From assembly GCA_973895155.1 (NCBI GenBank), contig OZ316893.1:6844963-6908962 (forward strand): a stretch of DNA of 64,000 bases, written 5' to 3'. Shown piece after piece: positions 23,441 to 35,009 of the stretch. The notes under the pieces are model-generated. The model made no database searches, was not told the origin of the DNA, and saw only the letters and a program-made list of their open reading frames with translations. The first letter of the stretch is position 1, and every line of letters begins with the position of its first letter. Source of the stretch: Marsupella aquatica. Taxonomy: Eukaryota > Plantae > Marchantiophyta. The position numbers were made by a program, and so were the translations under genes.

Positions 23441-26330
23441 ATCTCTACAATGAGGTTTAGTGTTCCCATTTTCTTGTGGTCGGCTCTGTGGAATCCGAGA
23501 AGAGGGATCGGGAGTTTAGGGATGCTGCAATGACCAGCTCTCGAAGGGTGAGGTGAGACAACCTATTCAACGCCCTTTTGCTGCACCCTTAAGTTGTCAA
23601 GCTGCCATTGAGTTGGTGAAGCTGCATGCGGGTTGCATCTGTTCTACGGGTGCGCTATCTGCCTGGTTTATGGATTGTGGACTTTGTGGGGAGCGACAAT
23701 TGGTAACAACGTGAAGGCCATCAGAGGCTGGGCAAAGCAGTTTAGGGTGCTGTGGTCGAGGAGGAGCTCACCACAAATTGGGGAGAAGACGCGGGTGACG
23801 AGCTGGGGGCGGGGAGGAGCTGCGGTCAGGGAGGATACAGACCGTCTACAGAACGACTGGCAGTCGGAGCGGCACAGGAGCTTAGAGTGGGCCAACGCCA
23901 GCTGAATACAAGCCAGGAGTTGCATAAGGTGAGAGTCCAAGTTTTGTGTTGCTTTAGTGTTCGAGCAGCGTGCTTCCATTTCAGCCACAGTGCACCGCCT
24001 TTGAAGCTCCCGTTGTCAGGGCTGGTAAGACATCACGGCTACATTGCTTTTCTTTGTTGTCCTCTGTCTTTTTGTGGGGACAACCTACTTGATTTGAGTT
24101 GCGCAAATCGTCATAAGTTAAGGCATGCATCATGCCATCTGGATAGTGTGCCACCAAACTGTGGGAGGATGAGCAACGCATGGCTGTAAGCAGGTATTCT
24201 GTCAGCACAGGCGAGATTTCATTGTTAAAATCCTATTGCCTGCAATGTGTCTTGTAATGTGTTTTTCCTCATTCAATCAGGAGCTGAGAAGGGTATTGTT
24301 AGGCTTCAATTACTCTGTGTTTTTCTCCAGCTCCATGGTACAGTTTGTGCTTTGTCTGGCGCCCATGCTCCGTCGATCGTAGAGCTAGGTCAACCGAGCT
24401 TTGAAGAGGGAGGCTGTGGGAGCTCCTTACTGTGCTGCAGCTGCTCTTCAATCAACGGTGTAGAGATTGTAGCTACGATCAGTGTTTGCGGAGCTGCCAG
24501 CCGGGTGCTTCGATAGTAGAGAAGAGCACCCACAGTGATTCAGTCCTTCTCCTACTTGCAACCAAGGACCCCCTGTGCATCGTAAAGTATGACCTCGGAG
24601 CTGAGCTGCGCACTGTCTCTATTACATGCCTTGTTGTTCTCTATTACATGCCTTGTTCTCCCGTCCACTATTTCTTGCGATTTTCTTTCTTCTAGAAGAG
24701 AATGGTGATTTCTTCTTCAATCAAACAAAACCCCACCCAACCACCACCCAAGAACGTGTGGTGCGCGCTTCTTAATCCTCCTCAAATTGGCCCCAAGTCT
24801 GCTGAAACCCCATATATTACCCACCGGCACCAAGGGTCCAGTCCCAACCCGTCTTCCGCTTGCCACCCTCCTCACTCTCTCGCGCATCTATCTCCCGATA
24901 TTTCATGCGCAGCCGAGCCCACCAAAAGCTCTCTCCCTACAATCCCTCCTAAATCAACTTTCTCGTTTCCTGCTACTGCTGATGTATGTTTGTTCTCCCC
25001 TATTTTTGTTTACTGATTGGTCTCTCCACACTTCCTGCTTGACATTACTGTTTTGCTCCTCCTGGATCCAAACATGCCTTGTGCCCCGTGCTCCAACCTG
25101 CATCCTTTTCTTTATTGAGGGGGGGACCACAGCCTCCAGCCATACCTTGTGGCGGGCCTGGTCAAGACGGTGGTCGGTAGCTCGTTTTTGCTTTTTTCTC
25201 TTTTGTTTCCCAAGCTTCTGGGCGAGGGCATTACCATTCTGGATTCTCCGCGAGGCGCCACTAGCTTTTTTTCTCGGTTGCCCGTGTGCCTGCCTTCTTA
25301 GTTTTGTTTTTTCCTCGAGTGACCGGGCCATCGCTGTATGCAGATTTTTCTTGTTGTATTCATGTACAGTATTTTATTGTTCTATCTAGGCTGTGGCAAG
25401 CCAACAAACTGTTGACCACCAACATGGAATAACAACTATGCAGTGCAATGGCAGAGGACACTGTCCAATACAGGAATGACATGGTTATGTTTTCAATTCC
25501 CTGCTTGGATGAGGCGTGGTGTTGCTTGTAATCATGTATTTCTTCACACTAGAAAAGCAGTCTGTCAGATGAGGTTGTCGGGATTGTCTGTGGGTCAATC
25601 ATCTTACGGACACCTAGCAACGTCAAATGAATGGCGGAAACGGGCCATGTTGTCATTTTGAAATTTGTCTTTCCTTTTGCCATGCTACCCAATCATTTTG
25701 TTAGTCCATGAGTCATAGATTCATAGATTCTATGTTTTGTGCTTTGTCTAGAATGCTATGGCGCCCATGCTACAATTTGTGGTTTTTGTCTAAGCACAAA
25801 TCCTCTCTGTGCCTGGTCTCTGTGTCCCGTCATTTGGATTGATTGTGCAGACGTTTCCTCTTCTCCCAGTCCTTGTCATCCACCAGCCAAAGCACATTGG
25901 ATTGTTTTCAAAGGAGGGCTGTGTAGTTCGGAGGGTTTGATCTATGCAGCGGATTTGAGCAGATTGGCGGTTGTTAGTTTCTTCTTGTAAAACCTGTTTG
26001 TCTTTTCTGCTTTTGGCCATGCTCCTTCACTTGTTGCTGCAAGCTCAATGTGCTTCAGCTATGGCAATATTCACTTACCCTATCCCAACGGCACTGCCAT
26101 GAGCTATAGGACAGCCAACAGAAGCAGATTGTATCAATTGCAAGTAAGTCAGGGTATTTTATGTATTGCGGAACAACTGTCCAAGTATGCTGCAATGGTC
26201 CATCTTGCGCAGCTGAATGAGCCAATTTCATTTTCCCTATGCACTTCTATTTCTCAGAGAATTCCCTGGTCATGCTCATTTCCCCCAGAGTTAGAAAGCA
26301 AAGAAGAAGAGCTGACTAATTGTAATTCCA

Positions 26331-26392
26331 ATCCATATCCCGATCGGTCAAGGATTGTGAACTACATTGGCCTTGTCATTGGCCGAGGTCAC
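26331..26392 (+). pseudogene. Possible SF1/BBP KH-domain fragment
   Basis: With small indels it reads IHIP-VKD..NYIGLVIG(P)RG, like the SF1 motif YIPVKEYP.YNFIGLIIGPRG. Confidence 0.4.
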
Positions 26393-26848
26393 CAAATTTT
26401 GCTTGGTTTCATTCCTGTGGAGCACTGCTGTGATGGATGAATAGTTGTCGTAGCATTTTGCAAACTCTCACGGTTTGCTTATGGCCATTATTTGCAATTT
26501 GCTGCTACTAATATGTCTTCTTCTAAGCAGCATACACCAGAAGTAAGCAATAGTGGAGGTTTAACTGCACATCAACACATCCAGTGAACTACCTCTCTGC
26601 TGCTCACTGGAGGGTGAGACTTTCACTCTTTTGGATATTGTAGTTTGTAAGCAAGCTGATTAGGAGTGTTTCATGCTATGTTTACACTGTGACCCCTAGC
26701 TGGAACCAATGGAATGACACAGTGAGTGGGAACTGATAATTTAAGGTTGGTTGTTGTTGGTGAGGCAAGTATAGCTCCTGCTCACCTTGCTGATCGAAGG
26801 TGCTTATCAGAGGACGTGAACACATGACACTCCACAAAAGCAACACTT

Positions 26849-27298
26849 ATGGTGAGGACCCGCAATGCTGAACATGTGCGGCTTGCACGCAAGGCAGAGA
26901 TGTTGCGCCTTGAGTATGTCAGACTTGGGATCCTTCCAGCCCAGTCTGCATGGTACTTTGAGTACCCAGTTGTTGCCAGGAACAACTACAGCCGCCCTGT
27001 ACCTGCTTCTCCACCCTTCCCAACATCCTTGGTATTTTTGTCTCTCGTACATGACCCGCCACAAATTAGGGCCCAAGGGTGTGTGCACAGTTGCCAGTAT
27101 GACTGTCCTGCCTGTAGGGCTTCTGGCCTAGAGTTGGATGACCGTTCTCTTGGATGTCGGTTTTTTCACAGAGCACAATGTATCATTTGGAACCACTCAC
27201 CATCCTGTAGTGTGCCTGGCGATGTCACTTGTCCTGCCCTCCTAGACCCCACCACCAGTCACTTTGGTGTCTACACATGTTTGGATCACACGCTGTAG
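26849..27298 (+). CDS. Cys/His-rich orphan cargo protein, copy B (149 aa)
   Basis: Open ATG-to-stop ORF conserved with copy A; CVHSCQYDCPAC...C..H..C...H...C...C pattern. Confidence 0.6.
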   Translation: MVRTRNAEHVRLARKAEMLRLEYVRLGILPAQSAWYFEYPVVARNNYSRPVPASPPFPTSLVFLSLVHDPPQIRAQGCVHSCQYDCPACRASGLELDDRSLGCRFFHRAQCIIWNHSPSCSVPGDVTCPALLDPTTSHFGVYTCLDHTL

Positions 27299-27969
27299 AA
27301 GACCACTTGTCACACCGCATGCACAGACCAGAGACCATTGACCTATAACTTAACACTTTGACTTGAACAGAGAGGATATTTACTTAAGATTTTGAATTAT
27401 GAGCAATTTTGGGTCCAGGGTTTACGGTCAACAGTACATAACTTATCCTATTATGGCTGCACTAAGTACAATATCCTAATTTAAGAGGCTAGCAAGCTCA
27501 CTTAAAAGTCTCATTTCAAAGACTGGAATTAATGGGCCATGTGATGTCCTGGAAAAAGTGATTTATGCCTAACTTATTTGTCTCATTCACTATCATAGCC
27601 TATTTAGGATGTATAAATTACAACCCTGATCACACTGCTTGATACCAATCCTGTTCAAAAAATGCCTGTTTTACATGTCACGACTGTTATATGTGATTCA
27701 AATGCATTAAATCTTGTTGCATATCTCCTTTGGTGAATCATAGCCACAAAATTGAGGTGTAGGTGGAGCTATTGTACGAGGGGATCAGTTTTTAGTGTGG
27801 GCTCAACAAACCAAAAAGTATGTCTACTCTGCACATGTGTGTGAACATTTCATTGCAGTAGCAATTGCCACTCTAGTCTATATGCTACACTGTACTTTTT
27901 GTACACTGCTAAATTGTATTGTCTGTGCACTCTGCTAAATTGTACTATATATCTGTCTCATGCGTAGGC

Positions 27970-28650
27970 ATGGCACGCCCTAAAATCCGAGCCAAGAAGC
28001 GGGGGACAGAGGTGAGCAACATAGGTGTAGTTGGGTCAGATGGTAGTAACTTCTCCGCAAGTCAGATTTTCCAGAAGTGAGCTCATTGTTGTGCCATTTG
28101 TGATGATGGTGGGGGCTTAGCCATATGTGAGGGCCCTTGCATGAGGCATTTCCACCTCAACCCGGAGTCTGACCTTGCTGCAGAAAACAACTGTCCAGGG
28201 GTGGGCCTCCCGTCAGCACACCAAGGAGGCTGGATGTGCACTGATTGTTTGGAGAAGCAGGCTAAGTGTGCACAGTGTGGGAAGTTGGGGTCTCATGAGG
28301 GCTCTGTTGATGCTCCACCACTTGTTAGGAAATGCCCTGACAGATATTGTGTGAGGTTCTTTTGTTTTTCATGTTTGCCCGATCTTGCCACAGCTTGCCC
28401 ACTTCATAAGTGCAAGGCATGTGGTCAGCACGATGAAGATTTATGGGTGGACATAGTCCACTGTGTTAGGTGTCCCACCATGTGGCACTTTCATTGTTTG
28501 AAGGAGCGTCAAGCAGAAGACTATGCTTGTGACAAACACATCTATCATCACTCTGCACATGGTGTTGATCGATGGATCTTCTATTGTCATCGCCATGCCA
28601 TAGATCCTACTTTGCACACTCCCATGAGAGATCACATTTCTTGGCTTTGA
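27970..28650 (+). pseudogene. EDM2-type PHD-finger cargo gene, copy B (one in-frame TGA at 28078-28080)
   Basis: MARPKIRAKKR start in frame with CAICDDGGGLAICEGPCMRHFH...YCHRHAIDPTLHTPMRDHISWL. Confidence 0.88.
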
Positions 28651-29248
28651 ACCTGAATAATGTACATGCATAGTGCACCTGATGTGGATACCTTGGAGAT
28701 TGCAGACATTCCAATTTTGAGAAGAAGGACCTCTGTAGGAGAGGATGCTTAGGCAACAAGTACCCTAAGTTCATTACTTGTTCTTGGGTACATGCCTTCA
28801 AAAACTCCCCTTAAGCCTTCTAGGAACTTTTTTAACTCTGCAATCATTTTGATCACGACTTACATGACACTGCTTAAATTAAATCAGGACTTCTCATTAT
28901 GAGCATATAAGTTACAAGGCTATTTAATTTGCGAGAATTCCCTTAAAGTGTACCAACATTTTGTATTCTCATTGAATGTCTGCCCATTTGCAACATCTGT
29001 ATGTGGCATCACAAAACAATTGCACTTGTCACCTTCAATATTGTGAAGGCACATATTCAAACTATGAGGTGCATGCTTGCAGGTGTCTAGTACGTTTGTC
29101 CCAATATTTCTCCCGTTTGGAATCGGAGCAGAGACTCACCAGACGACTGGACTGGACCAAGTTATAAACGCAGCATTTTAAGGGCCCTCCGATTATCAGG
29201 TGAACGCATTATCTTCCGGTCTGCAGTGATTAGGTGGCCCGTGTGTAC

Positions 29249-30097
29249 ATGGCCTCTAGGAAACGTACAAAGGTTGACCACCCACCTCTGTTGGCTGGAA
29301 TCAAAGCCATTTTGATTCCTGGCCACTATGGGTTCACCCAAGTGAGTTGGCCAATCGTACAAAAACGATTCTCAGAGTTCCATGGGACTGAAGTCAAGGA
29401 CATCACTCCACAGACTACACATGTTGTTGCGGGGACATGGCTGGATGTGATGAACAAGTGGTCATGGTCCTTCATTGATTCTGCCATTACCAACCAAGGT
29501 CTAAAAGTAGTTGAAGTCTCTTGGCTGACCGATTCTGTTAAACATAGGTGTGTACAGAGTACTGAGCAATATGAGTTGTGGGAGAGTGAGGAGGCCACTG
29601 TAGAGGCTTTGGCTGAAAAGGAAGCCTATGAAGCAGTAGCAGAGAAACCCAACTTTGCTTCTGTCCAATATGGACCTGTTGTCAACATAGGACACCATCC
29701 TATGCGTGTAGATGCTATATTGAATGAGCATGGCAAGGAGAGAAATACCATTATGAAAGGGTTCAGTGTGGTATTTGCAGAAGAAGGAATTGGGGAGACT
29801 AAGTGCAGACTGTACAAGTCCATAGTTGTTGAGCTAGGTGGGACAGTGGAGGAGAGTCTAACAGAAACCTCCACTCATGTTGTAGGTCTGTCATACATGA
29901 AAATATGCAGAAAATTCTTTAAGACAATAGTGCGTGATTTTGTCATGAACAACAATCTTTGGGTGCTTTCCCCTGATTGGCTTCTGGAATCAGCAGCTAC
30001 AGGGAAGCGACAGAATGCTTGGGACTTTGATATTTTTGAGGCCTGGCCCTCCAAGATTCAGCGGAGATGTATGCTTAGCAAAGGTGGGAGAGAGTGA
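29249..30097 (+). CDS. Tandem BRCT-domain cargo protein, copy B (intact, ~282 aa)
   Basis: Two BRCT repeats: TTHVV...VVEVSWLTDSV and LGGTVEESLTETSTHVV...VLSPDWLLESA. First ATG at 29249. Confidence 0.85.
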   Translation: MASRKRTKVDHPPLLAGIKAILIPGHYGFTQVSWPIVQKRFSEFHGTEVKDITPQTTHVVAGTWLDVMNKWSWSFIDSAITNQGLKVVEVSWLTDSVKHRCVQSTEQYELWESEEATVEALAEKEAYEAVAEKPNFASVQYGPVVNIGHHPMRVDAILNEHGKERNTIMKGFSVVFAEEGIGETKCRLYKSIVVELGGTVEESLTETSTHVVGLSYMKICRKFFKTIVRDFVMNNNLWVLSPDWLLESAATGKRQNAWDFDIFEAWPSKIQRRCMLSKGGRE

Positions 30098-30237
30098 GGA
30101 GTAGGAGTCCCTCATATTTTTGTATAAATCACAATTTTGTAATAAATGTGATCCTTGAACTAACTCATCTTGTCATGGTTGGTCGCAGTTGAAGTGATTG
30201 TTGTTTCCTGCTGCGTGGGGTGTGACTGTGAATCTAC

Positions 30238-30810
30238 TTGCTGGGCTCTGTTTGGCTGAAGACTTTGGTGGGTATGCTGCCTCTTCCAGACCGTCAGGCC
30301 CTATGTAGGGTCCTCCTACGGGTTGCATCGTGCATGGCTACTGCTTGGGCTTACTTGTGTGGATTGGTAACCAGACAGAGTGTAGCTCCATCCGAGATAA
30401 TGCCTGCAGACCTTGGATGTGTTGTGAATGCTGTGGTGAATGAGGATGCACAGTCCGAAGAGGACATTTACTTTTCAGTAGATGAGTTAGACAAGCACGA
30501 TGCTGTAGGTGGTTCCTTGTTGCCTGATTTGGCAGATGATATAGTTCTTACACATGTCTGGACGAGGGTTCTTGTGGTGTCTGGCGCACAAGATATCTAC
30601 AAATATAGACTAATTAGTACCCAGTGGAGGGACTTGGTAGCAACATGTGCACCATGGAGGGCACTGCTGCCACTGCTTGTAGGCACGGATCGAAGACCAC
30701 CATGGCATGAGCAGGGTTTAGACCTTGATGACTTAATGTACATGCCTGAGTACCTCAGGGCTGAGTGGCATTGACAACAGGATTGGTATCCGTATTTGAT
30801 GTGGTAGTAA
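30238..30810 (+). pseudogene. F-box-like cargo gene, copy B (late CGA>TGA stop at 30772-30774)
   Basis: LLPDLADDIVLTHVWTRV...YRLISTQWRDLV; homologous to 8555-9082. Confidence 0.55.
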
Positions 30811-31133
30811 GATGAGGACATCTCACACCGGTCTCGCACCTGGCACCTGTGTCTATGACTATACATGATTGGACTCTGATATGGTCATGGATGTACGTGC
30901 AGAGGCAGTACATGTGAGGACAGCGGAGGAGTTGACACCCTCAAACATTTAGGAATTTTGTCTCATTCACTTGAGAATAGGTACATGACTCAGGCACCTA
31001 TATTTTTTGTTTTTTTGTTTTTTTGGAATGTTACGTATTTTGGCAAGTACAGTCGGGGGTGAAATCCTTAACAGGAAGTGTATTTTTCACTTGCATAATA
31101 AAATGACAGGGTGCTGAGTGCGTGTGTATAGTG

Positions 31134-34100
31134 ATGGCTCCAAGGTTGCCTCTTCACAACCCATTTAGGATTAGGCATCATGATTCTAAATTGTGGATGC
31201 GTGAACAAGCCCAGGCCGCCCAAGGTAGGAGTAGGAGGATGAGATGCCCATGCACATAGTGCCAAGGATTCAAGTCATTGAGTTTGAACACTGTGCACCT
31301 TCACCTGCTGCGGCATGAAAGGCACCCTCGGTGGAGGGTTTGGAATGTACCAGCAGAAGAAGACTCCTCTGATGAAGAGTGGAGAGCTGACTTTGTGGAT
31401 TCTAATACAGCTAGGCGTAGAGACTACGTAGAGCAGGACATAGACTGTGCAGAGGATGGTCTTGGGGTCCAACATGAGAACGTGGATGACCAAGATGGAG
31501 ATGCAGAGGCAGTCACTGAGACGGTGGGATGGATGTCCCAAGAATGGTTCAAGAGATTTTTGAAGACCTTGATGCTTTTTACGACATAGTGGAATCAGAA
31601 GAGGACAATGAACTGCAGCCACACATTGGAGACGGCCAAGCTGAACCTGACTTTGACATTGGGGAAGGTGCAGCAGAGAGGGAGTGGGTGTTTGGGGGCC
31701 CAAAACACATCAAAGAAGCTTGCATTCCTATCTACGAGGGGTCGAACTGCTCCAAGCTGGGTTTTGTCATGTTGTTGTTGAACATCTGTGGCAATCACAA
31801 TGTTCCCAATATATTTGTGACAGAGTTGTTGACCTTCCTGCGCCAAAATGTGTTACCATATGGTAATTCAATTCCAAAAAATATGTACGAGGCTAGGAAA
31901 TTGATGTCTAACCTTGGGCTGAACTATGTGTCTATTGACGCATGCCCTGATGGGTGTGTTCTCTTTCGCAAAGAGCATGCAGATAAATTGACATGCCCTC
32001 ATTGTGGTAAGCACAGGTACAAGAATGTAGGGAAATGTACACACCCTGCCAAGGTTCTTCGTCATTTTCCTCTCATTCCTAGACTACAACGTCTGTTTAG
32101 ATGCCCTGCCATTTCCAAGCTGATGACATGGACTCCTGATAACAAGAGCAGTGATGGCCTACAGCGTCACATTGGAGATTCCAACCATTGGAAATTTGTT
32201 GATGAGAGGTGGCCACAGTTTGCTGCAGAGAAGCGGAACTTTCGATTTGGTCTATCACTGGATGGAGTAAACCCATTTGGAGACAAAAACAACCGTTATT
32301 CATGTTGGCCGGTTACGCTGCTAAATTACAACCTTCCCCCATGGATGACTACAAAGAGGTTTTTTGTCATGATGGTGCTGTTAATCCCTGGACCAGCTTC
32401 TGTGACCGAGCAATTCATAGATATCATGTTGGCTCCAGCAGTGGAAGAGTGGAAGACTTTGTGGATAGAAGGGGTGTTAACCCATGATGTTCTGAAGGGG
32501 CTTCTTCGACCCAGCCCCTTTAGACTGCATGCAATTTGTTTGCTGGATATAGCAGATTACCCAGGCCATGGCATCATATCTGGACGAGTGACAAAGGGCT
32601 ATGTGGGGTGCACACCATGTGGGAAAAATGTGACAAGTGAGTGGTCGCATGCCCTGCACAGTATGAAATTTCAGGGGCATAGAAGGTATCTGCCTGTTGA
32701 TCATCCTTACAGGCACACACGGTCTCAAATTGCACACTTCAACAACAAAACAGAGCTTCGTGGCCCACCACAGAGGGTCACCAGAGAGCAAGTCCTGAGG
32801 TGGGCAGCCAGGAAGGCTAATTGGGACAAGAGAAGTGTCACTGATCGAGAAACTAAGGATCCAGTGGTGAAACACGGTGTGAAAAGACAGACCTTGATAG
32901 ACTTGGAGTTGGAGTACTAGAGGGTAATGTACTTAGCCTCCAGCCCCTGTATGATTGCAATTTAGATTGGAGCAATGGTGGATTGATGTTGGTTACAATC
33001 CTCCTATGTGGTTAATTAGTGTTTCTGTTGTTGAATTCTTTGCTTTGTGGAGTGCAGGAATTCGAGCCCAGCAAACACAATGTGGACGTCATGCACATTG
33101 AGAAAAATATTTGTGAGAGCTTGCTGAAGTTCTTGTCGGGTGAGAAAGATACAGGAGCAGTTCGAGCTGATATGCAACAGAAGGGGATTCGCCCTCACCT
33201 TTGGTTGAAGCCCCATGCAAGCAATCCCAATGTACTTCTCAAGTTCCAAGCTCCCTATGTGTGCACACAGGATGAATGGAAGACATTCTTGTATAGATTG
33301 AGCTGTTTGAAAGTGCCCTCTGGCTATGCTGGTGCCTTCAAGAAGCATATTACAAAGAATAAACTTGGCAGTATGAAAACACATGACTACCATGTGTTGA
33401 TGCAACACATTCTGCCCCTATGCCTCAGAGGTCTCATGCAAAAACCAGTCCGTAATGTCATTCTTTGACTGTGCAATGTATTTCGCCGTATATGTGTGAA
33501 AGTGTGGGATCCCCAAGGATTGGAGCAGTTGAAGCAGGATGTTGCTTATGTCCTCTGTGACTTGGAGATATACTTCCCCCTTGCTTTCTTTGATGTTATG
33601 ACTCATCTCCTAATCCATGTGGTAGAAGATCTAGGGCAGTCTGGGCCAGTCAGTACCAGATGGATGTACCCTATGGAGCGATACATGAAGTTGTTGAAAG
33701 GTCATGTGAGAACATACTACAAGCCAGAGGCTTCCATGGCATTGGGGTACATTAAGGATGAGACGTTGGGATTCCTAACAGAGTACATGGCTGGGTCTGG
33801 TGAAGCTATGACAAGAGTTTGGAAATCTGGTGAAGATGATGCAGTGAGTGGCAAGGTTGTTGAAGGTGTGGGACGTGCTGTTAAGCTGCCTGTTGCGATT
33901 CGAGACAAGGCTCATTCATATGTGTTGGCAAACACAGAGCCTATGCAACCATGGTAGAGGTGAGTGATTGAATTGACTTGCCTTTGTTGTGATGCTTCTT
34001 GTCTGTTCCAAGGGTGATCTTAGGTTGTCATGTGTTGTTTAGACCTAACTATGCCTGTACCTCATATTGCAGGGAATATGATATGCAAAAAGCTGCACAC

Positions 34101-34832
34101 TCTGGGCAGCAGGATCCCTTCCCACAGTTCGAGCAGTGGATTCGGGTGACAATTCGAGAGCATAGTAGACATCACCCAGATATGGAGAAGGATTTGTATC
34201 TTCTATCTATGCCACCACGATTGTCTATTCTGACCTACAAACAGATGAGAGCTTATGGAAATCATTATCGAGTGAGGGATGAGCAGGGTGACCATTGTGT
34301 ATCATATGATTGTGGTTTGATTTCTGTGTTTGAGCAGAGAACCTCTGAAGAACAGAGGGGGTGGATGAAGATGGGTTACGTGGGGGAGTTGACCGACATT
34401 TGGGTGTTGAATTATGGTAACACAAGTGTCCCAGTGATATTGATGAAGGGATCATGGGTGAAATCACAGTGGCAGAGACCAAGGGCCACCATGAAGCGTG
34501 ATCATGATGGGTTCTTGTTGGCCAATTTTAGGTCCAGAGTACCAGAATGGTCTGAGCCTTTTGTTTTCCCTAGCCAAGTTGAACAGGCTTTCTTTGCAGA
34601 TGTGGAGGAGTCCCATGGCTGGAGGGTGGTATGCCATAGCCAAGCACGGAACAGGCGGATGGATGGAAGTAAAGTAGAGTTCAGTTTGGATGACCATGCT
34701 GCATTCGAGCATCCTAGTTATGAGACTATACTTCCAACTCGGGCAGGGACTGACTACATCCCCTTAACATTGAGAGAGACATATGATGAACCTGGGCAAA
34801 TGGAATATGATGAGGTTGATGATTTGCAATAG
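31134..34832 (+). pseudogene. tnpD: CACTA TnpD-like transposase, copy B (transposase-associated, Transposase_21, DUF4218- and DUF4216-like segments; spliced; nonsense and frameshift lesions)
   Basis: RCPC..C, FGLSLDGVNPF, DVMHIEKNICE, MKTHDYHVLMQ, RWMYPMERYMK, EPFVFPSQVEQAFF. Introns at ~32925-33057 and ~33960-34072. TAG at 32918 replaces Trp. Confidence 0.95.
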
Positions 34833-35009
34833 GCAACAGCTGGCGATTGGCAAGTATGAGGTTGAGGATGACTACCTGCACAGAGTCACAGAACGGGAAT
34901 TGCTGCCTGGAATGATGTTTAGGATAGTTGGATATGCATGAAATTGATTGATACTTTGAAGTTAGTGTGCTGATTCTCCCTGTTTGGTTGTGGGTGTTGT
35001 GCAGAAGCT

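Noticed and set aside
22440-23530. Interstitial telomere (scattered TTTAGGG)
   Set aside because: Motifs are isolated within G-rich CACTA subterminal sequence and do not form a tandem array.
23633-26020. Protein-coding genes among the many short ORFs in the CACTA-B 5' region
   Set aside because: No recognisable domains and the frames overlap inconsistently; possibly decayed captured DNA, but this is not supportable.
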